The notes: generated by a model from the letters alone, not told the origin. 62,350 nucleotides of DNA, filler included, from an uncultured bacterium (GCA_964429075.1; 12 parts of 12 records of this genome joined end to end with filler, not necessarily neighbours in it), one strand, 5' to 3'. Shown: positions 10,609 through 21,969, counted from the whole stretch's first letter. Numbers and translations: made by a program.

Positions 10609-11414
10609 GCATGAAAGACAATGGATGGTTTGTGTCTCTCTTTAGGAGACACAAACCATCCATTGTCTTTCATGCTGCTGCATATAAGCATGTACCAATC
10701 GTTGAGAAAAATTATAAAGCAGGTCTTTTAAACAACATACTGGGAACACTTAATCTATGTCAGCTCTCGTTAGAACATGGTGTTGATCGTTTTGTCCTTA
10801 TATCTACCGATAAAGCAGTTAACCCAAAAAACATTATGGGTATGAGCAAAAGGATCTGTGAAATACTAGTATCATCATTTAATAAACTCGGAAATACAAA
10901 ATTCTGTTCTGTCCGTTTTGGTAATGTCCTTGGAAGCTCCGGCAGTGTGATCCCTATCTTTCTTGAGCAGATAAAAAATGGGGGGCCTGTTACTGTTACT
11001 CATAGAGATGCTGAACGCTATTTTATGCTGATCCCAGAAGCTGTACAACTCGTGCTTCAATCTGCTACACTTATGGAGGGGGGTGAGATATTTGTCCTTG
11101 ACATGGGTAAACCTGTTAATATCTACGAAATGGCAAAAGATCTTATCTATATCAACGGATATATACCTGAAAAGGATATAAAGATCGTATTTACAGGATT
11201 AAGACCTGGAGAAAAGTTAAAAGAGGAATTATACCTCATAGGCACAGAAGAACCAACAAGATACAAAGATATATGGGTGATTAAACCAGAGCAAAATGAT
11301 TTTTCACACATAATCAACGAAATCAAAAACCTTATAAGGATGATCAACACCTCGTCTCGAGAAGAGATTATAGATTTTATAAAGACACACATAATTACTT
11401 CTAACCAGACATGA
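10609..11414 (+). CDS. Nucleotide-sugar 4,6-dehydratase CapD/PglF/WbpM family, C-terminal part (5'-truncated)
   Basis: VFHAAAYKHVP, ISTDKAVNP.NIMG.SKR, VRFGNVLGSSGSVIP, GLRPGEKL.EEL. Confidence 0.92.
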
Positions 11415-12181
11415 AAGACCCATTTTCAAAAGTAGGATATCTTGCAATAAACTTTATTGAAAATGTGGGCAGTGTCATCATCTTTCTATACTCCATACTC
11501 TTTCGTATAAAGGGAATCTTCAAGAGGCCAAAACTGCTTCTTCAAAGTATGGACTTTATCGGTGCAGGCTCAATATTTATTATCGCACTTACAGCACTTT
11601 TTACAGGTATGGTATTTGCCTTACAAACCTTGATTGGTTTCAGACTCTTTCGATCTGAGAGTCTGGTGAGTCCATCGGTAGCAAAGGCACTTACAAGGGA
11701 ACTTGCACCAGTACTTGGTGGTCTAATGCTCACAGGCAGAGTTGGCTCATCGATTACAACAGAACTTGGAACAATGCGAGTAACTGAGCAAATTGATGCC
11801 CTTGAATCATTGAGTATTGACCCTGTGGAGTACCTTGTTGTGCCCAAGTTTGTAGCATCTATTATCACATTTCCACTGCTTATTCTGATTTTTGACATTG
11901 TAGGGATCTTCGGGGCGTGGATGGTGATGGTGGTTTTCGAAGGTTTTGATAGGGGTATATTTTTCAGTAAGATACATCAGTTTTTGATGTATAAAGATGT
12001 TGTCTCTGGTGTTGTAAAGGGGGCAATATTTGGTGCAGCCTTGAGCACTATCTCTTCATATATGGGTTTTACTACAACCGGTGGTTCAAGGGGAGTGGGA
12101 GTATCAACCACAAGATCTGTTGTTACAATATCTGTGGTAATACTTATACTCGACTATTTTATAACATGGATAATGTTCTGA
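11411..12181 (+). CDS. mlaE: MlaE-family ABC permease
   Basis: RELAPVL..L.LTGRVGS.IT.ELGTMRVTEQIDALE; GV..STT.SVV. Confidence 0.93.
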   Translation: MKDPFSKVGYLAINFIENVGSVIIFLYSILFRIKGIFKRPKLLLQSMDFIGAGSIFIIALTALFTGMVFALQTLIGFRLFRSESLVSPSVAKALTRELAPVLGGLMLTGRVGSSITTELGTMRVTEQIDALESLSIDPVEYLVVPKFVASIITFPLLILIFDIVGIFGAWMVMVVFEGFDRGIFFSKIHQFLMYKDVVSGVVKGAIFGAALSTISSYMGFTTTGGSRGVGVSTTRSVVTISVVILILDYFITWIMF

Positions 12182-12918
12182 CATTCAGAGTAGAAGGGCT
12201 CTACAAATCCTTTGGTGAAAAGCCTATATTAAAAGGCATAGACCTTAAGGTAGAAACTGCTAAAACGACTGTTATCCTGGGACCAAGTGGATCTGGCAAA
12301 TCTGTGCTACTGAAACATCTAAATGGGTTACTAAGACCAGACAGAGGTAAAATCTTTTTTCATGATATGGACATAACGGCCCTTTCCAAGAAGGAGCTTC
12401 TAAAGATCAGGCTAAAAATCGGAATGGTATTTCAACATGCCACACTTTTTGATTCTATGACGGTCTTTGAAAATATTGCCTTACCTCTCTATGAACATTC
12501 AAAATTGTCCAGAGAAGAGATAAAAAGCAGGGTACTTAAGATACTGAAAGATCTTGACCTTGAAGGGACAGAATACCTCTATCCAGCAGATCTATCTGGT
12601 GGTATGCAAAAACGGGTAAGTCTTGCAAGATCGGTAATCCTTTCACCGGGCGTCCTTCTTTATGATGAACCCACCACAGGTCTTGATCCACTTACCACTC
12701 AGACAATCTCAGATATGATCAGGAATGCAAAAAATAGGTTTAATGTTACGCAGGTTGTAATAACACACGATATTGGTCTTGCATTTGAAATTGGCGACTA
12801 TATTTATATAATAAACAATGGTAAGATAGTGGAAAGAGGGTTGCCCGGGCAGATCAAAGAGTCCTCTTCGGAGTTTACAAAGAGATTTCTCTCTACCTGG
12901 CAGAGGAGATCGGTATGA
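12166..12918 (+). CDS. mlaF: MlaF-family ABC ATPase
   Basis: GPSGSGKS, LSGGMQKRVSLAR, LLYDEPTTGLDP; lies between mlaE and the MCE gene. Confidence 0.92.
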   Translation: MDNVLTFRVEGLYKSFGEKPILKGIDLKVETAKTTVILGPSGSGKSVLLKHLNGLLRPDRGKIFFHDMDITALSKKELLKIRLKIGMVFQHATLFDSMTVFENIALPLYEHSKLSREEIKSRVLKILKDLDLEGTEYLYPADLSGGMQKRVSLARSVILSPGVLLYDEPTTGLDPLTTQTISDMIRNAKNRFNVTQVVITHDIGLAFEIGDYIYIINNGKIVERGLPGQIKESSSEFTKRFLSTWQRRSV

Positions 12919-14375
12919 ATATATTTACGCCATTTAGAGTAGGGATCCTTGTTATCGCAGGTATTGTTGCCTTTGCAATACTCTTTGGTCTCAGTAGAAA
13001 GAGATCACTCGATGATACTAACAGCTATATCATAAAGGTAAAGTTTAACAGTGCTATTGGTCTTTCTAAAAAATCTGTTGTAAGAATCGCAGGCATAGAA
13101 GTTGGATATATTGAGGATATAAAACTCGAAGGCAAAAATGCACTTGTACTGCTCAGAATAAAGAATAATGTCCCCATTTATAAAGATGCAATTGCCTCTA
13201 AAAAGAGTGTGTCTGTCCTTGGAGACAGTTTTGTTGAGATAGATCCTGGGACCAAAGAATCAGGTCCTATAGGGAATGGTGGTATTGTAACAAATGTCAT
13301 TTCAACAACAGGACCTGAGGCCATATTTAAGGCCTTAAACGACGTTGCATCTGATATCAAAGAGGTAACAGGTATGATTAGAAAGGCCCTTGCAGGTGGC
13401 GAAGGAGAAGGGTCATTGAATGATATAATAAAAAATATGAACAACATTACAATCTCCCTAAATAACAGTATTGTAAATTTAAAAAATAAGGCAGACAGGA
13501 TGCTTGATAAGATAGAACGATTTGAAAACAATACAATAGATTTTGGAGACAAGGTTAAAGGAAGAATAAAGAAGATACTCAAAGATGTTGAGGAATTTTC
13601 AAAAGCTGCAAGTGAAATCTCCAAGGGTGTAAAGGACATTTTGGGTGCAGGTAAAGGTCAGATGAGCGAGAGCTTTGCTGGTATAAAACAGAATCTAAAG
13701 AAATTAAGCGCTACTCTGGAAAAGATGCAGGTAATACTGGATAAGATAAACTCCGGGGAGGGTACACTTGGCAGACTTGTAAACAGTGACACCCTGGCAA
13801 AGGACCTCGAAGAGACCACCAAGGAGATTAAGAAAGCAATAATCAGTATAAGAAAACCAAGATTCACTATAGATGCACATGCAGAGGTACACAGGTTTGA
13901 ATTCCCATCCAAACAGGACGATAAGAAGTGGTACAACAAGAGTTATCTTACTCTGTACTATACCCCTGGCAAAAACAACTATTTTATCATGGGAATTGTA
14001 GACAATTCACTTGGAACAACAAGGACAACCCTGGTGGGCAACGAAACAGGACAACAACACAAAGAGATGAGAACGATACTTGAAGATCGGCTAAGATATA
14101 ACGTTGAATTTGGTAAATACCTTATTACCCCAGTTCCTATGTTACTACGGATAGGTATGATTGAAAGCACCGGAGGACTTGGCATAGATCTATCGTTATG
14201 GAAAAATAGATTTACCCTAAAGACCGATCTATTTAATTTTGGATATGACCTTCCACAGCTTCGTCTTTCAGGGACATTTCTGTTTGGCAAAAATATTTAT
14301 ATAACAGGTGGTTCTGATCAAATTCTCAATCAAAGCAAAAGGAGTTTTTTCTTTGGAGGAGGGATAAGATACTAA
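12915..14375 (+). CDS. mlaD: MCE/MlaD protein, long form with helical stalk and beta-rich C-terminus
   Basis: N-terminal TM, MCE motif F.SAIGL...S.VRIAGIEVG...S.LGD.FVEIDPG, GEGTLGRLV. Confidence 0.88.
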   Translation: MNIFTPFRVGILVIAGIVAFAILFGLSRKRSLDDTNSYIIKVKFNSAIGLSKKSVVRIAGIEVGYIEDIKLEGKNALVLLRIKNNVPIYKDAIASKKSVSVLGDSFVEIDPGTKESGPIGNGGIVTNVISTTGPEAIFKALNDVASDIKEVTGMIRKALAGGEGEGSLNDIIKNMNNITISLNNSIVNLKNKADRMLDKIERFENNTIDFGDKVKGRIKKILKDVEEFSKAASEISKGVKDILGAGKGQMSESFAGIKQNLKKLSATLEKMQVILDKINSGEGTLGRLVNSDTLAKDLEETTKEIKKAIISIRKPRFTIDAHAEVHRFEFPSKQDDKKWYNKSYLTLYYTPGKNNYFIMGIVDNSLGTTRTTLVGNETGQQHKEMRTILEDRLRYNVEFGKYLITPVPMLLRIGMIESTGGLGIDLSLWKNRFTLKTDLFNFGYDLPQLRLSGTFLFGKNIYITGGSDQILNQSKRSFFFGGGIRY

Positions 14376-15049
14376 CAGTAAAAGAAGCATTATCTATACA
14401 ACGTAGACTATCTAAACTCGTAAGGATCGAACAGCTTTCCACTATCCCAAGATTGGTATGTGGTCTTGATGCTGCTTATATTGGCGATGGTCGGGCTGTT
14501 GCCTCTGCTGTAGTTGTTGATATAAACAATCTTATTACGATTGAACAAAAATCTATTGTTGATATGGTAGAATTTCCATACATGTCTGGATTACTCTCCT
14601 TTAGAGAGCTACCTCTTCTAATTAAGGTTACAGAAACATTAAAAAATAGACCAGACCTCTTCTTTGTGGATGGACAGGGGATTGCCCATCCGAGAGGTCT
14701 TGGCATTGCATCACACTTTGGAGTTACACTCAATGTACCCACTGTTGGAGTTGCCAAAAAAAGACTTATAGGTATATACAGAGAACCACCAAATGAGAAG
14801 GGTAGCTGGTCACCACTTGTTTTAAAGGATAAAACAGTTGGCTGCGTGCTCAGAACAAAAAGTAATGTCAAACCTCTCTTTGTATCCCCGGGTCACCTTA
14901 TTAATATCGAACAGGCACGAGAATTTGTCCTCTTGACAACCACAAACTACAGGATGTGTGAACCAATAAGAAGGGCACATCAGGTATGCAATGCTAAGAA
15001 AAGAGAATTGATGCAAAATCAAGATAAATTAAAGAAAAACCCATCTTAA
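14369..15049 (+). CDS. nfi: Endonuclease V (probable ATA start; ORF track begins at TTG 14453)
   Basis: FPY.SGLLSFRE, DGQGIAHPR.LGIASH.G, GVAK, P.FVSPGH, EPIR.AH. The N-terminal helix EA..IQ..L lies upstream of the first canonical start. Confidence 0.9.
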   Translation: MLTVKEALSIQRRLSKLVRIEQLSTIPRLVCGLDAAYIGDGRAVASAVVVDINNLITIEQKSIVDMVEFPYMSGLLSFRELPLLIKVTETLKNRPDLFFVDGQGIAHPRGLGIASHFGVTLNVPTVGVAKKRLIGIYREPPNEKGSWSPLVLKDKTVGCVLRTKSNVKPLFVSPGHLINIEQAREFVLLTTTNYRMCEPIRRAHQVCNAKKRELMQNQDKLKKNPS

Positions 15050-15776
15050 ATCAATCGAATGTTGTCAATTGATGGAAGTTTACTCCGAACCTCTTTTAGA
15101 AATTCTTTGTCTATCTCACAACTCACAACTGTCCACTCATCAAAACCTGCACTTACAACCACCCTACCCCACGGGTCTATAACACAACTGTTGCCATAGG
15201 ATTGTCTGTTTTTATAATGATGTCCGCATTGTGCAGGTGCTACAACATAAGAAAGATTCTCTATTGCCCTTCCCCTCAATAGTTCAAGCCAGTGTGCCTT
15301 ACCAGTTTCTTTTGTAAATGCAGATGGTACAAAGATTATCTCAGCTCCCTTCTTAATCAACATTCTATAAAGCTCAGGAAATCTCAAATCGTAGCAGATG
15401 GAAAAACCTGCTTTCCAATCATATATATTCGCCAGTACAATTTCATTGCCAGCCTTTACTGTGTCAGATTCTCTAAAGATGTTTTTTTTATCGATCTGTA
15501 CATCAAAGAGATGAATCTTTCTGTATTTTGCTATAATCCTGCCATCTGGCGAAAGGAGAAAGGATGTATTGTAGATTTTTTTGCTGTCCGCCCTTTCTGG
15601 AAGACTGCCTATAAGGATATATGTCCTGTATTTCTTTGAAAGATTGGATAGCTCTTTGATACCAACATCCATTATCCTATCAGCAAGCCTTAGCCTTTCT
15701 CTCTCAGAACCAATAAATAGAACATTTTCTGGTGTTGTTACAATATCGACATCGTTTTCAATACTATCTATTACAT
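15046..15776 (-). CDS. Carbon-nitrogen hydrolase (Nit1/deaminated glutathione amidase-like), 5'-truncated
   Basis: TPEN, YRKIHLFDV, ICYDLRFPELYR, VPSAFT..TG.AHW, RAIEN. Confidence 0.9.
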
Positions 15777-15876
15777 NNNNNNNNNNNNNNNNNNNNNNNN
15801 NNNNNNNNNNNNNNNNNNNNTTAATTAATTAANNNNNNNNNNNNNNNNNNNNNNNNNNNNNNNNNNNNNNNNNNNN
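15777..15876. other. Artificial contig linker
   Basis: N44-TTAATTAATTAA-N44. Confidence 0.99.
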
Positions 15877-17273
15877 ATGTATTTAAGATTACTCAGCTTT
15901 TGTATGAGGGATTTTTCTCTATAATGGCATTTACTTACCAGATGATCTTTATCCTTGTTACTGGATACCTGATTGCATCATCCGATAGTGCAAAAGAGGT
16001 TTTTATAAAGATTGCAGCTTTGCCTAAAACCGAGATCCAGGCAGTCATCATATGTGCAGCTTTTTCCATGTTGCTTGGTTTGATAAACTGGGGGCTGTCA
16101 CTCATTGGAGGTGCATTTCTCGCAAGAGAGATGTCCAGATTCATGTTGACAAGGGGCAAAAAGGTACATTATCCATTGATGGCAGCAGGTGGTTATCTCG
16201 GGCTTATGGTATGGCACGGGGGCCTTTCTGGCTCTGCACCCCTTTTGATGGCGCAGAAGGCCGGTAGGACCTTAATGAGGGAGTATGCACAGATACCTCT
16301 AACAAAGACGGTCCTTTCAACTCCCAATCTTGCGATAAATCTTGTAGTCTTTGCAGTTGTTATTATAATCATATCTGCTTTATATCCTGCTGATGTAAGC
16401 CAGATTAAATCCTGCGAAGGATACTGTGATCCTGTTGAACCCGGAAATAGAGAGAAGTTCACTAACAGGTATCTTACCTCAATCTTATGGATCTTTTCCC
16501 TTCTGATGGGTACCTATTCTGTATATTTTATATCACACAACAAGATTAATAGTATAAGTGTTTTTATAATCCTTGCGCTTTTTTATTCATTTTTCATCGT
16601 AAGGCTGCTACAGATATCTTTTAAGGCCATCAAAGAGGATCATAAGGGATTTTCATTGGTTGAACGTCTTGAAACAAGTAGATTTTTGATTGTTTTCGTA
16701 TCGATCCTATTTATAGTTGGCATGAGTGTATACCTCTATAAAAAGGGGTTGAATCTCGGTCTTAATCAGATTATATTTTTGTTTTTGATTGCAGGATTAC
16801 TGCTTCATGAATATCCCAAGAAAATCGTAGATAGTATCACTGAAGCAGCATCAGGTACCGGTGGAATAATTATACAGTTTCCTATCTACGGTGCGATTTT
16901 GGGTATCATGAAAGGAAGTGGTCTTATTGCTGTCTTATCTAAGGCCTTATTATCTGTATCAGGCAGGTCTCTGCTCCCACTATTCTCATTTATATCAGCT
17001 GCAATTGTAAACCTCTTTGTACCATCTGGCGGTGGTCAGTGGGCAGTTCAGGGGCCGATCTTTCTCGATGCCTTTAAGCAGGCCGGACTGGGGGAACATC
17101 TTGCAATAATGTCTCTTGCATATGGTGATCAGATAACAAACATGCTGCAACCCTTCTGGGCTCTGCCCCTTCTTGCGGTAACTGGATTGAAGGCAAGAGA
17201 TATTGTGGGTTACAGTGCGACAATTATGATATTTGCAGGATTGGTGTTTGCAATAGGGCTCTATTTCTATTAG
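15877..17273 (+). CDS. atoE: Short-chain fatty acid transporter AtoE family, 5'-truncated
   Basis: NWGL.LI.GA, WHGGLSGSAPL, QFP.Y..I.GIM, NLFVPSGGGQWAVQGP, NMLQPFWALPLL. Confidence 0.88.
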
Positions 17274-17942
17274 ATGGAGAGATGGATGAAGGGACCAAAG
17301 GGTGATAAAAACTACAGACTCAGCAGAAGAGATGTGGTAATCGTTTTATCTTCTGTTGTTATAGGACTTGTCCTTTTCTTTACTGTTGGGTTCCTTGTTG
17401 CAAAGTATATTTATAAACCAAAAATAGAGTCTCAGTTCAACAGCAAAGTTGATGACCTCGAATTGATACGTCTAAGGAGAAAAAAGCAAAATGAGGGATC
17501 TTTCAGAGGGAAGAAGAGTACTCTCAAAGAACAAAAGAAAAGGGAAAAGATAAAGAAAAAAAAAAAAAAAAAGATAAAGATAGAGCAGAAAGAAAGACAT
17601 AAAAAGGTATCAGAATCAAAGGAAAAACCAGAAAAAATAAAGAAAGAACCAGAAAAAGAAATAAAAACCGTAAAAGAATCTAAGACTACAAAAGAATCAA
17701 AATCTGGCGAGAAATATAGTATTCAGATTGGTGCATTTAAAACAAAAAAACAGGCAGAAGCACTCCTGAAAAAGGTTGGTAATATACCTTTTAAGATATC
17801 TATAATCAGAGTCGATCTCGGAACTCGTGGTGTATGGTACAGGATAAGGACATCACCTTTCAAGTCACTCGAAGAGGCAAGAAGGGCCAAAGAGCTGTTG
17901 AAAGAGAGATATAAACTCGATACCTTTATTGTAAACGATTAA
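17274..17942 (+). CDS. SPOR-domain cell division/peptidoglycan-binding protein
   Basis: N-terminal TM, Lys/Glu-rich linker, YSIQIGAF...A...GVWYRIR..PF.S.EEA SPOR motif. Confidence 0.85.
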   Translation: MERWMKGPKGDKNYRLSRRDVVIVLSSVVIGLVLFFTVGFLVAKYIYKPKIESQFNSKVDDLELIRLRRKKQNEGSFRGKKSTLKEQKKREKIKKKKKKKIKIEQKERHKKVSESKEKPEKIKKEPEKEIKTVKESKTTKESKSGEKYSIQIGAFKTKKQAEALLKKVGNIPFKISIIRVDLGTRGVWYRIRTSPFKSLEEARRAKELLKERYKLDTFIVND

Positions 17943-19119
17943 AATGGGTTGACACCTGATCTATTACCCTGCTACCTACAAGATCTCCAAGTACGTTAAC
18001 TGATGTCCTCAGCATATCCAGTATCCTATCCACAGCAAGTATCATGCCTATTCCTTCAAGTGGGAGTCCTACTGCTGTAAGGACCATTGCCATGGTTACG
18101 GTACCTGCAGATGGTATACCTGCAGCCCCTATTGCAGCAAGCGTGGCTGTCAGGAAAACCAGTATTTGCTTATCGAGACCGAGAAAAATACCATAGTGTT
18201 GTGCAATAAATATTGCAGCCACTGCCTCATACAGTGCAGTTCCATCCATATTGATTGTTGCACCAAGAGGAAGAACAAGCCCGGCCACCTCATCTTTTAC
18301 ACATAATTTTTCTCTGGCTGCCCTCATAGTTACAGGAAGAGTGGCAGCACTGGAGCTTGTTGCAAGTGCAACCATAAGAGGTTCCTTTATGCTCAAAAAC
18401 AATTTCCCGGGACCAATTGCACCAAAAATTCTTGCTATTGAGAGAAGTACAAAAAATGCATGTATGGCAAGACCTAAAACCACGGTCAGCATATATAAGA
18501 AAAGCGATTTAAAGATATCTATGCCGCTTTTTGAGATCTGAAAGGCCATCAGTGAAAAGACTCCAAGAGGGGCCATATACATTATAATGTCAACCATCCA
18601 CATGATTGTATTGTTTATTTCAAAGATTAACGTCCTTGTTGGAGAATCCTTTTTTGTAAATCTCGTAAGTCCAATACCAAAGAAGATTGAGAATACTATT
18701 ACACCAAGTACCCTGCCTTCTGAGAGCGCCTTAAAGGGATTCTGGAGCATCTTTTTGAGCTGTATCTGAAGAAAGGAGTAAAAAGTCATGGTTTCAAAGG
18801 TCTTTTGGGATGTTATGATATTGGCAGAGTGTAGTCCAGGTTTGATAATATTTACAAGAAAAATGCCTATTGCAACTGCAATCAACGTTGTAGAAATATA
18901 ATATATAAGAGTGTAAAAGCCTATCCTGCCAAATTCACGCTTACCGGTATCTAACATACCTTTTACCATTGAAATAAATATAATTGGCATGATCATCATC
19001 TTTAGCGATAGTATAAATATATCTCCAGGGATCTTTATTATATTGATAAAGCTCTCTGGAAGAAGACCTGCAAATATGCCAAGGATAAGTGCAATCCCGA
19101 TTGCCTTTGTAGATTTCAC
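17926..19119 (-). CDS. Dicarboxylate/amino acid:cation symporter (DAACS, GltP-like)
   Basis: TSSSAATLP, PLGATINMDGTALYE, AVDRILDMLRTSVNVLGD. Confidence 0.93.
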   Translation of the reverse strand: MKSTKAIGIALILGIFAGLLPESFINIIKIPGDIFILSLKMMIMPIIFISMVKGMLDTGKREFGRIGFYTLIYYISTTLIAVAIGIFLVNIIKPGLHSANIITSQKTFETMTFYSFLQIQLKKMLQNPFKALSEGRVLGVIVFSIFFGIGLTRFTKKDSPTRTLIFEINNTIMWMVDIIMYMAPLGVFSLMAFQISKSGIDIFKSLFLYMLTVVLGLAIHAFFVLLSIARIFGAIGPGKLFLSIKEPLMVALATSSSAATLPVTMRAAREKLCVKDEVAGLVLPLGATINMDGTALYEAVAAIFIAQHYGIFLGLDKQILVFLTATLAAIGAAGIPSAGTVTMAMVLTAVGLPLEGIGMILAVDRILDMLRTSVNVLGDLVGSRVIDQVSTHFNRLQ

Positions 19120-20432
19120 AAACGATCCACGAAACTGTTCACTTCGTTAACTATCTTTTCAAACTCGACAGTCAGAAGATGTCTATCCTTTACCACCAGC
19201 CTGCCACCAACATAAACATCTTTTATAGCATCTGGTTGCATAGAGTAGATGATATTGGCTAAAAGGTTCCTTCTTGGTGTTATTGATGGATGAAGTGTAT
19301 CAATTACAATAAAGTCTGCATAATAACCCTCTTTAAGGCATCCAACGGATATAGCAAGCGTCTTTGATGCATTTATAGTTCCCATCTTAAAGAGATCTGA
19401 TGTTGAAAAGACAGAAGGATCCCTTTTATTCACCCTGTGTAACAATGCACAGGTCCTCATTTCGTCAAAGATAGAAACCCTGTTATTACTACACCCACCG
19501 TCTGTACCAAGAGAGATGGTAACACCCTGTTTGTGAAAGAAGGGAATGTCGGTTATGCCATCACCCAGGAACATATTACTTGCAGGGTTGTATGCTATTG
19601 AACACCCGGCATCGGCAAATATCCTCTTCTCGTCATCCTTCAACCATACACAGTGAACCCCAACAAGATTTTCAAAAAGGGCCCCTGCCTTTTCTAAATA
19701 TTCTATAAGCCCCATTCCAAATTTATTTTTTATCTCTTCAACTTCAAATGGCTCCTCAGCAATATGCATATGCATGGGTACACCAAGCTCTTTTGAAAGA
19801 GAGACACCCTCCTTTATCATATTAAAACTTGCTCCATGTGGACTATGTGGAGCAGGCAATATCTTTACAGACTCACAGGGATCATTATTATATTTCTGGG
19901 CAAGATCATATGTGTTTTTAACAGCTTGCTCTACTGTCTCTATATAAGAGGGTGGGGCCCCCTGCCAGTCATACATACATCTTGCAATAACAATCCTGAT
20001 ACCACAATCTTGTGCAGCAGCAATTACCTTCTCTACATTTTTGTTTGACTGTTCGTTAATGTAGAAGAAATCACATACAGTGGTAATCCCATTAAGTAAC
20101 ATCTCAGAGAAGGCAAAAAGAGCACCAAGGTAAATATGATGGTCCGTTAATCTCTCCGAGACCCTGTAAACCCCCTCATCTCGCCATTTGAGGAAATCTT
20201 TATCAACCGCAAAGCCCCTTGCAAGGGATTGAAAGGAATGGTTATGGCTGTTAACTGTCCCGGGACAGATCAATGCATCCTGTCCAAAATCTGTAATTGT
20301 TGTCTCAGATAGATTAATATTTTTTGATATATCCTGTTTTACTCCTACTACCCTATGATTATCTACCAGAAGGATTCCCGGTGAAAGGAGTTTTTCACCA
20401 GTATATATATACCCTGCTTTAAATATCTTCAT
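19116..20432 (-). CDS. Metal-dependent amidohydrolase (MTA/SAH or purine deaminase-like)
   Basis: PG.VNSHNH, APHS, HMHIAEE, HCVW, NP.SNM.L, GTDG..SNN, ADFIVID. Confidence 0.85.
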   Translation of the reverse strand: MKIFKAGYIYTGEKLLSPGILLVDNHRVVGVKQDISKNINLSETTITDFGQDALICPGTVNSHNHSFQSLARGFAVDKDFLKWRDEGVYRVSERLTDHHIYLGALFAFSEMLLNGITTVCDFFYINEQSNKNVEKVIAAAQDCGIRIVIARCMYDWQGAPPSYIETVEQAVKNTYDLAQKYNNDPCESVKILPAPHSPHGASFNMIKEGVSLSKELGVPMHMHIAEEPFEVEEIKNKFGMGLIEYLEKAGALFENLVGVHCVWLKDDEKRIFADAGCSIAYNPASNMFLGDGITDIPFFHKQGVTISLGTDGGCSNNRVSIFDEMRTCALLHRVNKRDPSVFSTSDLFKMGTINASKTLAISVGCLKEGYYADFIVIDTLHPSITPRRNLLANIIYSMQPDAIKDVYVGGRLVVKDRHLLTVEFEKIVNEVNSFVDRL

Positions 20433-20443
20433 CGAACGCCCTC

Positions 20444-21042
20444 CTATGGCCAGGTCATTATACGCAAAAAGATTAATATTAATCCTGCCATAAGTATAAC
20501 AAAGGATATCACAAGTATGTAGGTGGATGTCTGCGGTCTGTATTCAATACCTACCTCTTCATATCGCATACGTGATTCCTGTGACCTCTTTATCAAAATA
20601 GAGGTGGTAATAGAGACAACAGATAAAAGAACAATAGAGAGGATCCACCAGATAATTTCCCTGTATATATCTATCTTTTCTTTCATCCTGTTCTGCTTCT
20701 CTCTGAAGGTGTGTACCACCCTCTTTGGCTCTTTTATAGATGGAGCAAGAAGAGCAAATAGTGCATTAAGATACTCTCTGGTTAGTTCTAATGAGTCTAC
20801 TGACTTTATGTATTTGTATAGATTTAAAAGGACCGGCCTATATCGTGGTTCTTTTTTAAATATAGCATTATTTATACCTTCGATAATGTTCCACAGCTTG
20901 TTTTTATTTTCTACCCTGATCACCGGCAACCAGTCCAGGGTGGAACCGGGGAGGTTTGGGCTCGGGTAGACCCTTAACCAGCTGATCCCCTCCGGGATCT
21001 TTTTTAGAGGGATGGTAACTCTTGCCAGATGATCTTTTGAAT
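20444..21042 (-). CDS. Hypothetical membrane protein, C-terminal part (5'-truncated)
   Basis: Frame open to the contig edge, two C-terminal TM helices, 11 nt before the amidohydrolase gene. Confidence 0.6.
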
Positions 21043-21142
21043 NNNNNNNNNNNNNNNNNNNNNNNNNNNNNNNNNNNNNNNNNNNNTTAATTAATTAANN
21101 NNNNNNNNNNNNNNNNNNNNNNNNNNNNNNNNNNNNNNNNNN
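21043..21142. other. Artificial contig linker
   Basis: N44-TTAATTAATTAA-N44. Confidence 0.99.
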
Positions 21143-21969
21143 CTATAATGGTATTCAGACACGATTACAACAGAGCAAGAAGACAGCTGAAACAACATCT
21201 TGATTTAGAGGGGGATAATCTCGATAGAGTTAGTTTTCTTGTTTTCAAGAATCAGATCATAAATGTAATAGAGTGGATTAAGATTGGAAATAACAAAGAT
21301 AAGATAAGGGAAAAAGTCTATGTCCCTAAAAAATTGATTGAAATACTCAAATCAGATCTTACTAATAAAAGACCAACGATTTTTGTTACAGGCCATCTTG
21401 GCAACTGGGAACTTCTTCCAAAAAGGATTGCACTTGAGGGAATCCCTGTTAATGTTATTGCCAAGGGTACATTTGATAACCGTGTTACAGAGATGGTACT
21501 GAGGTTTAGAAGATCTTGTGGAGTAAATACTATATTAAGAGAAGAAAAAGGTAGCGTTAAAGAGATGTTGAGGGTGATAAGAAATGGTCAGGTCCTCGGA
21601 ATATTGGTAGATCAGGATACCAGTGTAAAGGGTATCTTCTCTCCTTTCTTTAGAGATTTAGCATACACACCCGTTGCAGCAGCAGAATTTGTAGAAAGGT
21701 TTAACGCAAGGCTACTTGTAGGACGGATAAAAAGGATTAGTGATCACCATGAAATTGATTACAAGCAAATAGATGTCCCAACAGGTCTTGATAGAGTAGA
21801 AAAAATAAAATGGATAACAGATCAAATAAATAAGGCCCTTGAAAGCTGGATAAAAGAACTGCCGGATCAATGGGTATGGTTTCACCAACGCTGGAAGACA
21901 AGACCAGAAGAGAATAGCATTGACTGTAATTCAAATCAACATGACACAATCTCCTTGACAAAAGATTAA
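21143..21969 (+). CDS. Lipid A late acyltransferase (LpxL/HtrB family), 5'-truncated
   Basis: TGHLGNWEL, ILVDQD, FF...A.TP, P.QW.WFHQRWKTRP. Confidence 0.9.
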
